DNA of 64,000 nt from Patescibacteria group bacterium (GTDB lineage Bacteria; Patescibacteriota; Minisyncoccia; Phycocordibacterales; DATDWN01): positions 71,556 through 135,555 of the forward strand of contig JAZKJH010000003.1 of the NCBI GenBank assembly GCA_040384485.1, written 5' to 3'. The position numbers were made by a program, and so were the translations under genes. Below, piece by piece: positions 36,201-45,540 of this stretch. The notes beneath the pieces were generated by a model that ran no database searches, had not been told where the DNA came from, and worked only from the letters and a program-made list of their open reading frames with translations. Each line of letters begins with the position of its first letter. Positions within the stretch are counted from its first letter, which is position 1.

Positions 36201-39200
36201 AGAAGTCCCGTTATTTGTTGTTTGACCCAAAGCTGTGTATGCACCAGTTCCCGTACTTTGGTTAAGTATGTTTATAGAAGTTACAGCGTCTTGTGTTTTT
36301 GCAACTTGCAAAAGTTGTGTTGGTCCTGATGTTCCTACTCCCACACGACCTGTATTGTCGATAGTAAAATAATCCGAAGTTCCTAATGTTCCACTTCCTG
36401 AAATTTTCAACTTATCACTATCAGAATTATCTATACCCATTGAATATTGTTGCCCACCAGTTAGGTACCATGAAATACTAGTGTCCCCTGTACTGTTTTG
36501 TTCCAACATTGCCAATGGGTTTGTTCCGGAAGTATTTTTATAAACTGTTAGTGGCCACTGTGGACTTTCTGTTCCAATGCCAACCTCACCATCTCCATCA
36601 ATAGTAAGTCTTGCTGTTCCTGCAGTTGCGAAAGCAATTGAAGTTGCAGCAGGTCTGTACATACCAGCTGATGCGTCATTTGAAAAACCGTAAGCAACAC
36701 TTGAAGCAGAACCATCTGACGTTCTTAGTGCGCCCGCAACACCTATTTGTCCAGAACCTACTTTGTAAAAACCAGTTGAAGTTTGCGAACTAAATGCTAT
36801 GGAGGGTGTTCCAACTAAACCATCTGCCACATAAACTGCAGTTGAAGAAGCTGTTCCTTGTACATCTAGTTTTGTTTGAGGATTAGTTGTTCCAATACCT
36901 ACATTTCCATTTGTACCCTCAATAGTTAAGTCAGGATATGTGTTTGATGTGCCTAAATTTAAACTAGTTGAACCTGGAGAACGCACTGTTCCACTACCAA
37001 GAAACAGTCCGTTTACTGACAAAGCATCGTTAGCAGAATCCCAAGTTAGTTGAGTTGTGTCTGTGGTTAGAGCACCCGCACTGTTATACAAAACTAGTTG
37101 ACCTGTATTAGCACCAAGAGCTGGAAGAGTCGCCCTAATCCCTCCGTTTACATCAAGGGTTGTGCTTGGACTGGTTGTTCCAAGCCCCACAAAACCACTA
37201 CTTCCCAATATACTTAGAGCGGAAGTTGTGGTCGTTGCAGTACCTGCAACAGTTGTTGTTGCTAAATAGAAGTTTCCTCCTGCATTTCTCATTACCCATT
37301 GTGAAATACCTCCTCCTGCAGAGAGAGCTAGTTGTGGTGCTGTAGCTGAGGTTGGGTTAAGTATCCATTGTGGGGTTGTTGTTCCGATACCAACGTTTCC
37401 TGTTGAACTAATAACCATTCTTTCGTTGGTAGGTAATGTTGCCACGTTTCCTATAGTGCTTCCAGCGAAAAATCTAATATTTGCAGTTGACGCAGTTATA
37501 AGATCTTCTGAGCCCCCGTTATTAACTGCTATAGTAGCCCGAAGGCCGCCACTTGGTTCCATAAGTGCTATCTGAGCATTTACACCACCGTTGATACCTT
37601 GAATCTCTAACTTTCTTGCGGTAGGTACTCTTCCAATACCTAACCATGCAGAAGATGCATCTACAACTAAAGCATTTGTACTCCCTGCTTCACCGACTCT
37701 AAAGTCTCCGTCAATATCAAGAAGATATGAAGGTGTACTGGTTCCAATACCCACATTACCAGCGTTTGTTATTCTCATCTTTTCAGTAGTCACGTCAGAT
37801 GTGTATGATCCCCCAAATGCACCTGCTGTGTAAAAAGACAACCCTGTCTCACCAGAAGCACCTTCACTTATACCAGACAATTTTGCACGAACACCTGAAG
37901 CAGCAAACGTTTGACCAGATGAAGCATCACCACCAAAAAATTGGACAGACCCCAGAACATCATCAGCAACAATTGCAGAAAAAACATTACTTAGTCTAAG
38001 TATTGATGTGTTTGAAGTTGCAGAAGAAACTTCAAGTTTTACTTGAGGGGTGCTGGTTCCAACTCCAACATTACCTTGAACAAGTAGTCCGTTTGAAGGA
38101 GCAGCTGTCGTATCATATCCAGCACCAATTGTAGCTCCTCCGGAAACAGAAAGACGAGAACCTGGTAGCAGCTCACCTACCCCCAAAGAACCATCGTCCC
38201 TAAGAGCAAGAAGGGTTGTCTGATCAGAGTTCTCAACATACATCGCATATGAAGCATTTGTATTGCCTCCACCTCTAGTAATAAACTTATATCCGGTAAG
38301 CGGGACACTTCCTATACCAACACTACCAGATGCATCGATGATAAATGGTGTGGAATCCGGGGAACTCGAGTCCTCAACAACAAAAGAAGGTGCTGACCCT
38401 GTGTTCGTTACCGAGAGTTTGCCCCACGGTGTTGTTGTTGCTATTCCAACATTTCCTGAAGAGCTAACAACTAACCTATAAGCATCACTAACATGTCCTA
38501 AACCTATGCTTTGCCCATCAGCTGCTTGCATTATTATTGGGTAGTTTGGTGCGTAAATTTGGAAAGCGGAAATATCTCCGCGAGATTGCATTACTGCTTG
38601 TTGAGTTGACCCGTTGTAAAAGGAAACTCCTGAATAACCCCCTGAAGAGCCGTAAAATCTTGAGGTGTCGGAAACAGATGTGTCTCCGATATATGCTAAA
38701 CCATTAACTTGAAGCTTTGCCACTGGACTTGCAGTCCCAATACCAACATTGTTGGTTGAATAGTCATATACCAAACCTGATGTTTCGATTGCTAACCCCC
38801 CAGCGATTGTTGATGTCGCATTTGTGGATGTGGCATTGAAGTTTCCAAAAGTTGGTGTTGAGGTTGCGACTAATGCACCAGATGAATTGGTAGAGAGTAA
38901 TGAGTTGATTGCTGTGCCCGATAAAGTAATAGCCGGAGTAACCACACTTGTTCCTACATACAACGTTCTTGGTCTAGTTGCTCCTGAGGCACCGATATCG
39001 AGAGTATTGTCTGTTGCAGCAAGAAAATGTCCCGTAGCATTTATTCTCCATTTTTGAGCACTGCCCGTCATAAACAGCAAATCTCCTGTGCTGTGTTGTC
39101 CGTATATTTCTTGAGCATTTGCAAATCTAATAGATGAACTATCACTATCAGTTCGCAACTCTCCTGTTCGGTCTCCAGCTCCGGTGCTCAACCTCCTCCA

Positions 39201-42200
39201 CTCCATAACAACACCGGAGCTTTCTCGATCTATTTGCAAAATCTGATCTTCAGTAGCAACACCTGCAGCACCAGATATGTGGGTCCGGTAACTTGGAGTC
39301 GTTCCAATACCCACATTGGCAGATGTTGTCATTCTTAATACTTCAGCAAGCGTGCCCGCTCCATTTGAAGTTTTAAAAATTAAATCTGACTTATTGTCAT
39401 TGCTTGCATAATTGTTTGCATAAATTCCACCTAGCGAGGTTGCCCCTGACCCATAAGTAAGCAAAGCTTCTTCTTGTGGGTTTCCGTTAGTTACAATTAG
39501 CCTTCTTATTTCCCCTGATACGGCTAATTTTTGAAGAGGGTTGGTTGTTCCGATACCCAGGTTCCCAGCTGTAGATAATGTCATTTTTGTAAGACCGTCT
39601 CCAGTCAAGAAACCTAAGTTGCTAGCTCCAGTAAAATCATATAACCCAGTGCCCACCATCCAGTCATTTGTTCCGGCAGTTTGGAATTGAACAGCAGAAG
39701 AGTTCCCAGAAGAGCTGCTTCTGTTTAACAAGGCGAACGCGCCGCCGTTATCCGCAGTAGCATTTAGAGTTACATTTCCATTAGTTGCCTGGAAACGAGC
39801 CTGGTTACTTATACCAGACATATGAAACTGTGCTGCTGGAGTCGCGGTGCCCAACCCAACTCTTCCGCTATTCTGCTGAACCACAAACTGACTTGTTCCT
39901 ACAGCCAGTCCTCCTGTTGCGATAGTTGACGTTGCTGTTGTCGATGTTGCATTGAAATTTCCAAATGTTGGAGTTGACGTTGCCACTATCGCACCTGATG
40001 AGTTTGTGGAAAGCAGTGAGTTGATTGCTGTGCCGGATAAAGTCAGAGACGGAGTTGAAATAGATGTTGTTGCCGTAAATATATTTGCAATAACAGTTCC
40101 ACCGTCAAAAAATCCTGAACCGGCAACTGATAGTTTATAACCTGGAGTTGTTGAGCCGATTCCAACATTTCCCGCAGAACTAAGGAACATTCCTCCTGCC
40201 CCACCACTACCATTTCCATAGAAAGCCAGGCCTCCGCCTCCACCAATATTAGTGATCTGTCCATCAATAGTCCCAGATCTCTTGATCAAAATTCCAGGAA
40301 AAGAACCACTGACTGAATCCAGGACAAGAGTCGCATTTGTTCCGGAAACGTAAAGATTATTTTGGCTTACGTTTTGAAAAGCCATTGTTCCTGACCCATC
40401 AGCAACTGAGAATTTTGTGTAAGGTGATGTAGTTCCTACTCCGACATTACCAGTTGCAGATGTTAGGTTAAGTCCACCACCTGAAGTGCTTATGGTTGGA
40501 GCGGAACCGTTTGATCCAGCAAGTGTAAGATAGTTTGTAACACCAGCAGTACTCAAAACACGAACTTGTTCCACACCACCAGCTCTCATATGAATACCTA
40601 AAGAAGAAGGACCGCTATCAAGATAAAGCTCTCCGGTAGGACTAACGGCCAAATACCCGTCAGGGTTTGTGATGTTTGCAGCTGCGCCAGATCCCTGAAT
40701 AATGTTAGAGTTTCCAAAAATAGTCCAACTCCCAGCCGTTAGGGTTTTTCCACCCGTTATTGAAACACTACCCCCACTTACTGTTCCCGTTAAAGCAATA
40801 TTACCGTCAACAGAAAACTTTTCGTAAGGACTTGTAGTTCCAACTCCAACATTTCCTCCAGCCAAAACTGTCAATCTGTTTAAACCATTTGTCTGCAAGT
40901 TCAAATCAAAAAAACCTGTGTGTCCAAAGTTGGCCGCAGTTGGTCCTGTCACCAAGTACGAAGAACCTGAACCCGAAAGAGCCACATTTCCATCAGCAAC
41001 TTGTAGTTTATAAAACGGATTACTTGTCCCAATACCAACATTCCCACTATTCTGTTGCACCACAAACTGACTTGTTCCAACTGCGAGACCTCCTGTTGAA
41101 ATAGTTGAAGTAGCAGTAGTAGATGTCGCATTAAAGTTTCCGAATGTAGGAGTTGAGGTTGCAACTATTGCTCCTGATGAATTTGTAGAAAGTAGTGAAT
41201 TAATTGATGTGCCAGAAAGTGAAATGGATGGAGTAACAACAGAGGTTCCGAAGTATCCTGTTCTCCATGTATTACCTACTGCTCCTATGTCTGCATTATT
41301 ATCTGTAGTGGGAACAATATTTATTCCATTTCCAAGAGTTAGATTTCCAGTTGAGAGTCTCATTCCCAAAGTTCCATTTACTGCCCATCTCAATGCACTT
41401 GATTCTAGATACATTCCGTATCCAGAGTTGCTTGCAAAAGTATATGATGGTGTTGTCACAGAACCAACACTTGCTGTAATTGTAGAAGTTGCAGTAAGAT
41501 TACTTGCAACAACTGTTCCTCCGTCAAAATATCCACTACCAGCAACTGATAGTTTATAACCAGGAGTTGTTGAACCTACACCGACATTTCCGCCGCTCGT
41601 TATCCTCAATCTTTCTGAGTACGTGCCCGCATCTCTAGTTGCGAATGAAAGCTCAGCACTAACAGCACTTGGGGTATGGCTTGTAAAAATAGCGTTAATA
41701 CTAGCTCCAGTCCCAAGAACTCCATTCGTATCCATTGTCAGAAACCTATTTTGAGCAAAATTATTATTTGTGGTATCAGTGTTTATTAAATTCGATGACG
41801 TGTCGTTAGAAAGTCCGCTAACGGTGTATGTAGAATCAGAACTACCCGAAACAACGAGTTTTGCACCTGGAGCTGTCGTCCCAATTCCCACACGGCCCGA
41901 TGAAGTCACGTTGAAAGTGGACCCCCCAATTGATGCCACAGAAGAGAAAAGATTGGTGGATGAAGCTGTTGTTGAAAATAGATTTGTTGTGGTTGCTGAT
42001 ACTCCAGTTGAATTAACAAAGCTAAAGTTTTGTAGAGTTGTAGAACCTGTTAGCAACAAGTTTCCAAAATTTCCTGTTCCTGTTGTTGTTATGTTTCCTG
42101 ATCCGGCGTTGATAGTGTTGTTGTTTGTAACAATTCCATTTGTCCAAGTTCCGGCAATTTCTAGCGCAGTTGTCCCTGTTCCTGTGTTACTTATATACAA

Positions 42201-44921
42201 ACCATTTTCTGTTGTTCCTGTTCCGGTATTAATCACTGAGAGCAATCTTTGTATTCCGCCTGTGGTGTTGTTGGTTAGTAACCCTGAGTACAAGTTCGCC
42301 GCGGTAGAAATAGAAGCATCGTTTACTGTGTATGTTGCGTTGAAAGGATAGTTAACAGACAAATATCGCAAATCATTTACTCCTGAGTTCCATTGGAAAG
42401 TTGCATTTCCAGAACCAGAGTTTCGTTGGAATATAACTGCTTTCAAATTATCTCCTGCCTCAGATGAACCGATAGTCCAAGTGTCGCTACTTGTATCTCC
42501 TGTAACCACAGTACCAGACAGGTTGTTCGCGGTGATGGTGTTAAAGTAACCATTTTTCCAATAGAAAGATGGTGAACCGATAGAGTTGTTGTTGGAAGCA
42601 AAGTCCGCTGTTGGTCGCAAAGCTCCGGTTGAGTCGAAAACTATTTCATTACTCCCGCCTGGATTAAGCGACAGAAGTGTTTTGTCTCCAGAGCCAACCC
42701 CTGCGCCAGTTACGTTTATTTCTAATGCACTATATCCTCCACCTGCAACAGTAGAGTCAATAAGATCTATTACTTGTCCTCGACTTATTTGTCCGTTACC
42801 TGCGTTTGCGGTTATTTCTTGTTTTATTAAATTTCCAGAAGTTATTGCGTTGTCACGAACAGTAAAGATATCACCTGTTGCAATAGTTGAGTTGATAAGA
42901 AATGTTCCGTCATTTTGCTGATAATCGTTTACATATAAACTATCAAAAACTCCAATGCTTGAAAAAAAGTTGGTGGTGGTTGCATTTGTTCCAGTGGCAT
43001 TGGTGAAAATTAGGTTTGTTAGATCTATGTTTCCAAATGTTCCGTTGTCTGTGCTCAAGTTTGCAATGTAAGAATTTGTGGTGGTCGCATTGGTGGTTGT
43101 TGAGTTGGTTACATTCAATCCTGTGATTGTAGAAAGAATAGAACTCAAATTATCAATAGACCCTGTACTTGATCTGAACAAGCTTGAAAACAAACTTGTG
43201 GTTGTCGCATTTGTTCCAGTAGCATTAGTAAATAAAAGATTTGTTAAGTCCGAAGATACAGAAGTTAGATTGGCTATATTTGCGTTGGTGGCAAACATGT
43301 TGGTACTGGTTGCATTTGTTGTTGTGGAATTTGTAATGTTCAATCCGGTGATTGTGGCGATAGCAGAAGTAAGTGAATCCACTGATCCTGTGGTTGCATT
43401 CAGTAGTGAAGTAAAAAAGTTTGTTGTGGTGGCGTTTGTAACTGTAGCAAAACTGCCCAGAATGTTTGTCCCTGTAAAGTTAGTTACAAAAGAGTTGGTG
43501 GTAGTTGAATTTGTTACATTAAGCCCTGTGATTGTTGCCAATGCGGAAGATAAAGAATCTATTGAGCCTGTGCTTGCATTAAAAATACTAGTGAACAAGT
43601 TAGTGGTTGTGGCACTAGTAAAAAGACTGTTTGTTCCTGTAAGGTTGGTTATAAAAAAGTTCGTGGATGTGGCATTTGTCAGGGTAGACCCATTTAAAGT
43701 ACTGTTATTTATTACTGCATTTGATATCGTTCCTCCTGTGATAGTTGGGTTACCGACAGTAACATTGGTTAAATTATCGATTTTATTTGTATGAGCTATT
43801 TGCTGATATACATTTGTTATTGCATTGCTACTTCCAGTAGAAAGACTAGCGAACCTTCGTGCTAAATCAGAGTTTAGAGCGATTGAGAATTCTTGTATTT
43901 TTCTATCGACATCCATACTTGTTAAGGCAAGAGTTGGTGCTGGTTGAATAAGTCTTTCTACAATTCTTTCCACGACAGGGTTATTTATTACGGTGGTGTT
44001 GGTTACTTGTTGTGGCTGTTGGACGGGTAGTCTAGGAGTTGAGGGTTGCTGGGTAGGTGTTGGATTAACTACTGCTACTGTAGTAGGAGTTTTATTTTCA
44101 ACCAAAACTGTACCAGTCGGAACTATGCCGTCCTCAAACCAACCATTGATTGTGTTGTAAACAAAAGTACCTCCAGCATTTAAAGGTTTTAGAAGAGCGT
44201 CTGTTATTGCACCAAAAACACCCGCAGTCATTGATCCCAAATCCTGTGAAAAAACTTGCTGTCCAAGTTCCATAGCTACCTCAGGAATATTCTTGGAGTT
44301 TCGAGCAAGAGATCTCAAGTCATCATTTTTTACCATTAAGACTGTGGCGAGCATTGCAAGAGAAACTGCACCAACAACAAAAAACTTTCCTTTGTTATTT
44401 TTTACTACTGCATTTATGTTAGGGATCTCAGATTTAACCTCGGGAATAGTGACCAACATTGGTGCGCTAACTATTACCTCTGGACCTGCAACTGGAACAA
44501 AAACTATTTCGTCCTTTTTTTGCACCCCAAGATTTTTTGAAAAATCGAAAGTAGTTGGAGTATTTTTGTATTCCAAAAGAGACTTCTCTTCTACATACCA
44601 TACCTGCCCTATTCTTCTTGACTCCACCTTTCCTTCACGGCAAAGTTTTCCAATATAGTCACGTGAGTAGCCAGTCAAGAAACTTGCTTGCTTAACAGGA
44701 AGATAGTTTTTCTCACTTTTTGGTGCGGGTGCATTCGCTGACAAACTCCTGTATTTCAAGATGGACTCCTCTCCTACGTACCAACTCTTCCCTATTCTTT
44801 TAGAAAGGATTTTGTTGTCACGACAAAGTTCGCCAATATGCTCTGTTGAATAAGAAGTTAAAGTGCTAGCTTCTTTTACTGAAATGTATTTTTTATTTCC
44901 GAAAATTAGATCAGAACTCAT
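33285..44921 (-). CDS. Giant (3878 aa) fibre/adhesin: two N-terminal Xis/MerR-like HTH domains, TM, beta-rich repeats, peptidase S74 chaperone, DUF5011-like Ig domain
   Basis: KYISVKEAS..YS..HIG.LCR..KI....GKSWYV pattern twice; FFVVGAVSLAMLATVLMV; many GNVGIGTT repeats; SDERLK..GFIAQ..P.AV..AIQEL; DSIPPVITITG...D.GATVTD..YSA.D..GN...ATRTV. Confidence 0.85.
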   Translation of the reverse strand: MSSDLIFGNKKYISVKEASTLTSYSTEHIGELCRDNKILSKRIGKSWYVGEESILKYRSLSANAPAPKSEKNYLPVKQASFLTGYSRDYIGKLCREGKVESRRIGQVWYVEEKSLLEYKNTPTTFDFSKNLGVQKKDEIVFVPVAGPEVIVSAPMLVTIPEVKSEIPNINAVVKNNKGKFFVVGAVSLAMLATVLMVKNDDLRSLARNSKNIPEVAMELGQQVFSQDLGSMTAGVFGAITDALLKPLNAGGTFVYNTINGWFEDGIVPTGTVLVENKTPTTVAVVNPTPTQQPSTPRLPVQQPQQVTNTTVINNPVVERIVERLIQPAPTLALTSMDVDRKIQEFSIALNSDLARRFASLSTGSSNAITNVYQQIAHTNKIDNLTNVTVGNPTITGGTISNAVINNSTLNGSTLTNATSTNFFITNLTGTNSLFTSATTTNLFTSIFNASTGSIDSLSSALATITGLNVTNSTTTNSFVTNFTGTNILGSFATVTNATTTNFFTSLLNATTGSVDSLTSAIATITGLNITNSTTTNATSTNMFATNANIANLTSVSSDLTNLLFTNATGTNATTTSLFSSLFRSSTGSIDNLSSILSTITGLNVTNSTTTNATTTNSYIANLSTDNGTFGNIDLTNLIFTNATGTNATTTNFFSSIGVFDSLYVNDYQQNDGTFLINSTIATGDIFTVRDNAITSGNLIKQEITANAGNGQISRGQVIDLIDSTVAGGGYSALEINVTGAGVGSGDKTLLSLNPGGSNEIVFDSTGALRPTADFASNNNSIGSPSFYWKNGYFNTITANNLSGTVVTGDTSSDTWTIGSSEAGDNLKAVIFQRNSGSGNATFQWNSGVNDLRYLSVNYPFNATYTVNDASISTAANLYSGLLTNNTTGGIQRLLSVINTGTGTTENGLYISNTGTGTTALEIAGTWTNGIVTNNNTINAGSGNITTTGTGNFGNLLLTGSTTLQNFSFVNSTGVSATTTNLFSTTASSTNLFSSVASIGGSTFNVTSSGRVGIGTTAPGAKLVVSGSSDSTYTVSGLSNDTSSNLINTDTTNNNFAQNRFLTMDTNGVLGTGASINAIFTSHTPSAVSAELSFATRDAGTYSERLRITSGGNVGVGSTTPGYKLSVAGSGYFDGGTVVASNLTATSTITASVGSVTTPSYTFASNSGYGMYLESSALRWAVNGTLGMRLSTGNLTLGNGINIVPTTDNNADIGAVGNTWRTGYFGTSVVTPSISLSGTSINSLLSTNSSGAIVATSTPTFGNFNATSTTATSTISTGGLAVGTSQFVVQQNSGNVGIGTSNPFYKLQVADGNVALSGSGSSYLVTGPTAANFGHTGFFDLNLQTNGLNRLTVLAGGNVGVGTTSPYEKFSVDGNIALTGTVSGGSVSITGGKTLTAGSWTIFGNSNIIQGSGAAANITNPDGYLAVSPTGELYLDSGPSSLGIHMRAGGVEQVRVLSTAGVTNYLTLAGSNGSAPTISTSGGGLNLTSATGNVGVGTTSPYTKFSVADGSGTMAFQNVSQNNLYVSGTNATLVLDSVSGSFPGILIKRSGTIDGQITNIGGGGGLAFYGNGSGGAGGMFLSSAGNVGIGSTTPGYKLSVAGSGFFDGGTVIANIFTATTSISTPSLTLSGTAINSLLSTNSSGAIVATSTPTFGNFNATSTTATSTIATGGLAVGTSQFVVQQNSGRVGLGTATPAAQFHMSGISNQARFQATNGNVTLNATADNGGAFALLNRSSSSGNSSAVQFQTAGTNDWMVGTGLYDFTGASNLGFLTGDGLTKMTLSTAGNLGIGTTNPLQKLAVSGEIRRLIVTNGNPQEEALLTYGSGATSLGGIYANNYASNDNKSDLIFKTSNGAGTLAEVLRMTTSANVGIGTTPSYRTHISGAAGVATEDQILQIDRESSGVVMEWRRLSTGAGDRTGELRTDSDSSSIRFANAQEIYGQHSTGDLLFMTGSAQKWRINATGHFLAATDNTLDIGASGATRPRTLYVGTSVVTPAITLSGTAINSLLSTNSSGALVATSTPTFGNFNATSTNATSTIAGGLAIETSGLVYDYSTNNVGIGTASPVAKLQVNGLAYIGDTSVSDTSRFYGSSGGYSGVSFYNGSTQQAVMQSRGDISAFQIYAPNYPIIMQAADGQSIGLGHVSDAYRLVVSSSGNVGIATTTPWGKLSVTNTGSAPSFVVEDSSSPDSTPFIIDASGSVGIGSVPLTGYKFITRGGGNTNASYAMYVENSDQTTLLALRDDGSLGVGELLPGSRLSVSGGATIGAGYDTTAAPSNGLLVQGNVGVGTSTPQVKLEVSSATSNTSILRLSNVFSAIVADDVLGSVQFFGGDASSGQTFAASGVRAKLSGISEGASGETGLSFYTAGAFGGSYTSDVTTEKMRITNAGNVGIGTSTPSYLLDIDGDFRVGEAGSTNALVVDASSAWLGIGRVPTARKLEIQGINGGVNAQIALMEPSGGLRATIAVNNGGSEDLITASTANIRFFAGSTIGNVATLPTNERMVISSTGNVGIGTTTPQWILNPTSATAPQLALSAGGGISQWVMRNAGGNFYLATTTVAGTATTTTSALSILGSSGFVGLGTTSPSTTLDVNGGIRATLPALGANTGQLVLYNSAGALTTDTTQLTWDSANDALSVNGLFLGSGTVRSPGSTSLNLGTSNTYPDLTIEGTNGNVGIGTTNPQTKLDVQGTASSTAVYVADGLVGTPSIAFSSQTSTGFYKVGSGQIGVAGALRTSDGSASSVAYGFSNDASAGMYRPAATSIAFATAGTARLTIDGDGEVGIGTESPQWPLTVYKNTSGTNPLAMLEQNSTGDTSISWYLTGGQQYSMGIDNSDSDKLKISGSGTLGTSDYFTIDNTGRVGVGTSGPTQLLQVAKTQDAVTSINILNQSTGTGAYTALGQTTNNGTSYLYTFGSGYTTSGRYIQDSMLLEANLVGGLSLAATDASGVIRFYTNGNNERMRVASTGNVGIGTTTPTAARLTVADTSNTYSGFFQGSGSYAVGLGGGSAGAQIQGYTGTFATANLSLQVGGGNVGIGTTDPGARLTISNAITGGAIGTAFQQEIVNPTAGTVGDWTGTVYRWIANNANTNQAYIGAVLTSGAVNTSSDLVFGVKASTAVTAISEAMRIKAGGNVGIGTTNPTFPLSVQSNSGANGISIIGRSNGSVDEGTLTFLDNDNSTTQAYLQSNGTKLGIFATGGVGIGLSSPTQTLEVKGIVGLQATNSTNFWGMYNHTDNTFRLNYNNAGNDEMVIESTGDIGIGTADPAHKLDILGDSVRFSASGNQSTYINAGTTSNYAQLIYSQAGTQKWNVYSSNNATPNLEFASSGGDIRVAIEQGGDVGIGTASPDSKLSVSGSVAGSIATFYNTEANDGNGVYIKAGGVNSAKYALVVDNNASANLLTVLANGGVGVGTSIPSSYAKLAVSGGVTNSIATISGAFGVDVNAVMLGNDGTDGVIGMQNSGTKLHLLSRAGGVFTKSFTLDSAGNVGIGTTDATNKLTVAGAVSTVPFAVKVGSSNKLSLEIQSDGDTSLYMYNAANGLTNYFQSDGPSVIGGGTFAVTNLVSCGGIQTNGSGTMSCTSDERLKDIQSEFTSGLSAINQINPQTYSWKTDSGLYDNGVLYSGFIAQNIQQAIPDAVNTNPSGTLQVNTTTILAAAINAIQELDLNTGSRLTNLEQIVASSTPESTGINFNDVLDGFVNQFETVGAKFVDGIAYFKNIIADRLTVGSSSNPTGITIYDEVTNDPYCMKMRNGAMVSVAGICGTQAPEEGGGDPEPEPETIEEGPTDSIPPVITITGSANLQIPLNSNYSDLGATVTDLDDENNANNNLGIYFNVNGVDMLSVSISTNATATHTIVYSAMDEGGNWSYATRTVEVIEEVIE
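33324..33584. repeat. Copy 1 of a ~260-bp repeat shared by the 3' ends of the three giant genes
   Basis: Long identical tracts with 45571-45831 and 50038-50286. Confidence 0.9.
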
Positions 44922-45540
44922 TAACCTAATTATATATTTCTTGTAAACAATAAAGTTTCAAAATATGTTGATAATTAGCTAAATAACGGCCATCCGGGGT
45001 TACAAAACAGGACGATATTTTGGAAAAATTTAGCCAACTTTTACATCCACAAATGCTAATTATTTTAAGCAAAAAGAATGCCGAGCAAATTAGTCTAATT
45101 ACTAACCTAAATAGCTGCGCTTTTCCCTGTAAAGCTAGGGGTATGGAGATATTGGAAGGATGGGGTTCTTATGAAGGACTAAAAATTTGATTGGTATGTC
45201 ACAAACGCCAAATTTATATATAAAAGTTGATAAATTTTATTAAATTTCATTGCATCTTTATCAAGGTTTATTCTGGTTTGCAGTATTTATAGCTTGTATT
45301 TGATACTGAGCTTCTGACTATTGGTCCCCACTTGTTTGAGTTGATGAGACTAGCATGGTGCCGACAACCTAAGCTAGGGGGCGACTTCTTTGTTCCCTTC
45401 TCATGTACCTCAATGACCGAGTAAGGTAATTTATTTTTGGCAACTAATGAATTTCAAATATCCAGAATTACAAAAAGTCCTATTTTTCATAGAATAGTTA
45501 CAAATTATTTATAAAAAATGTCAATGCCCGATTTATAAAT

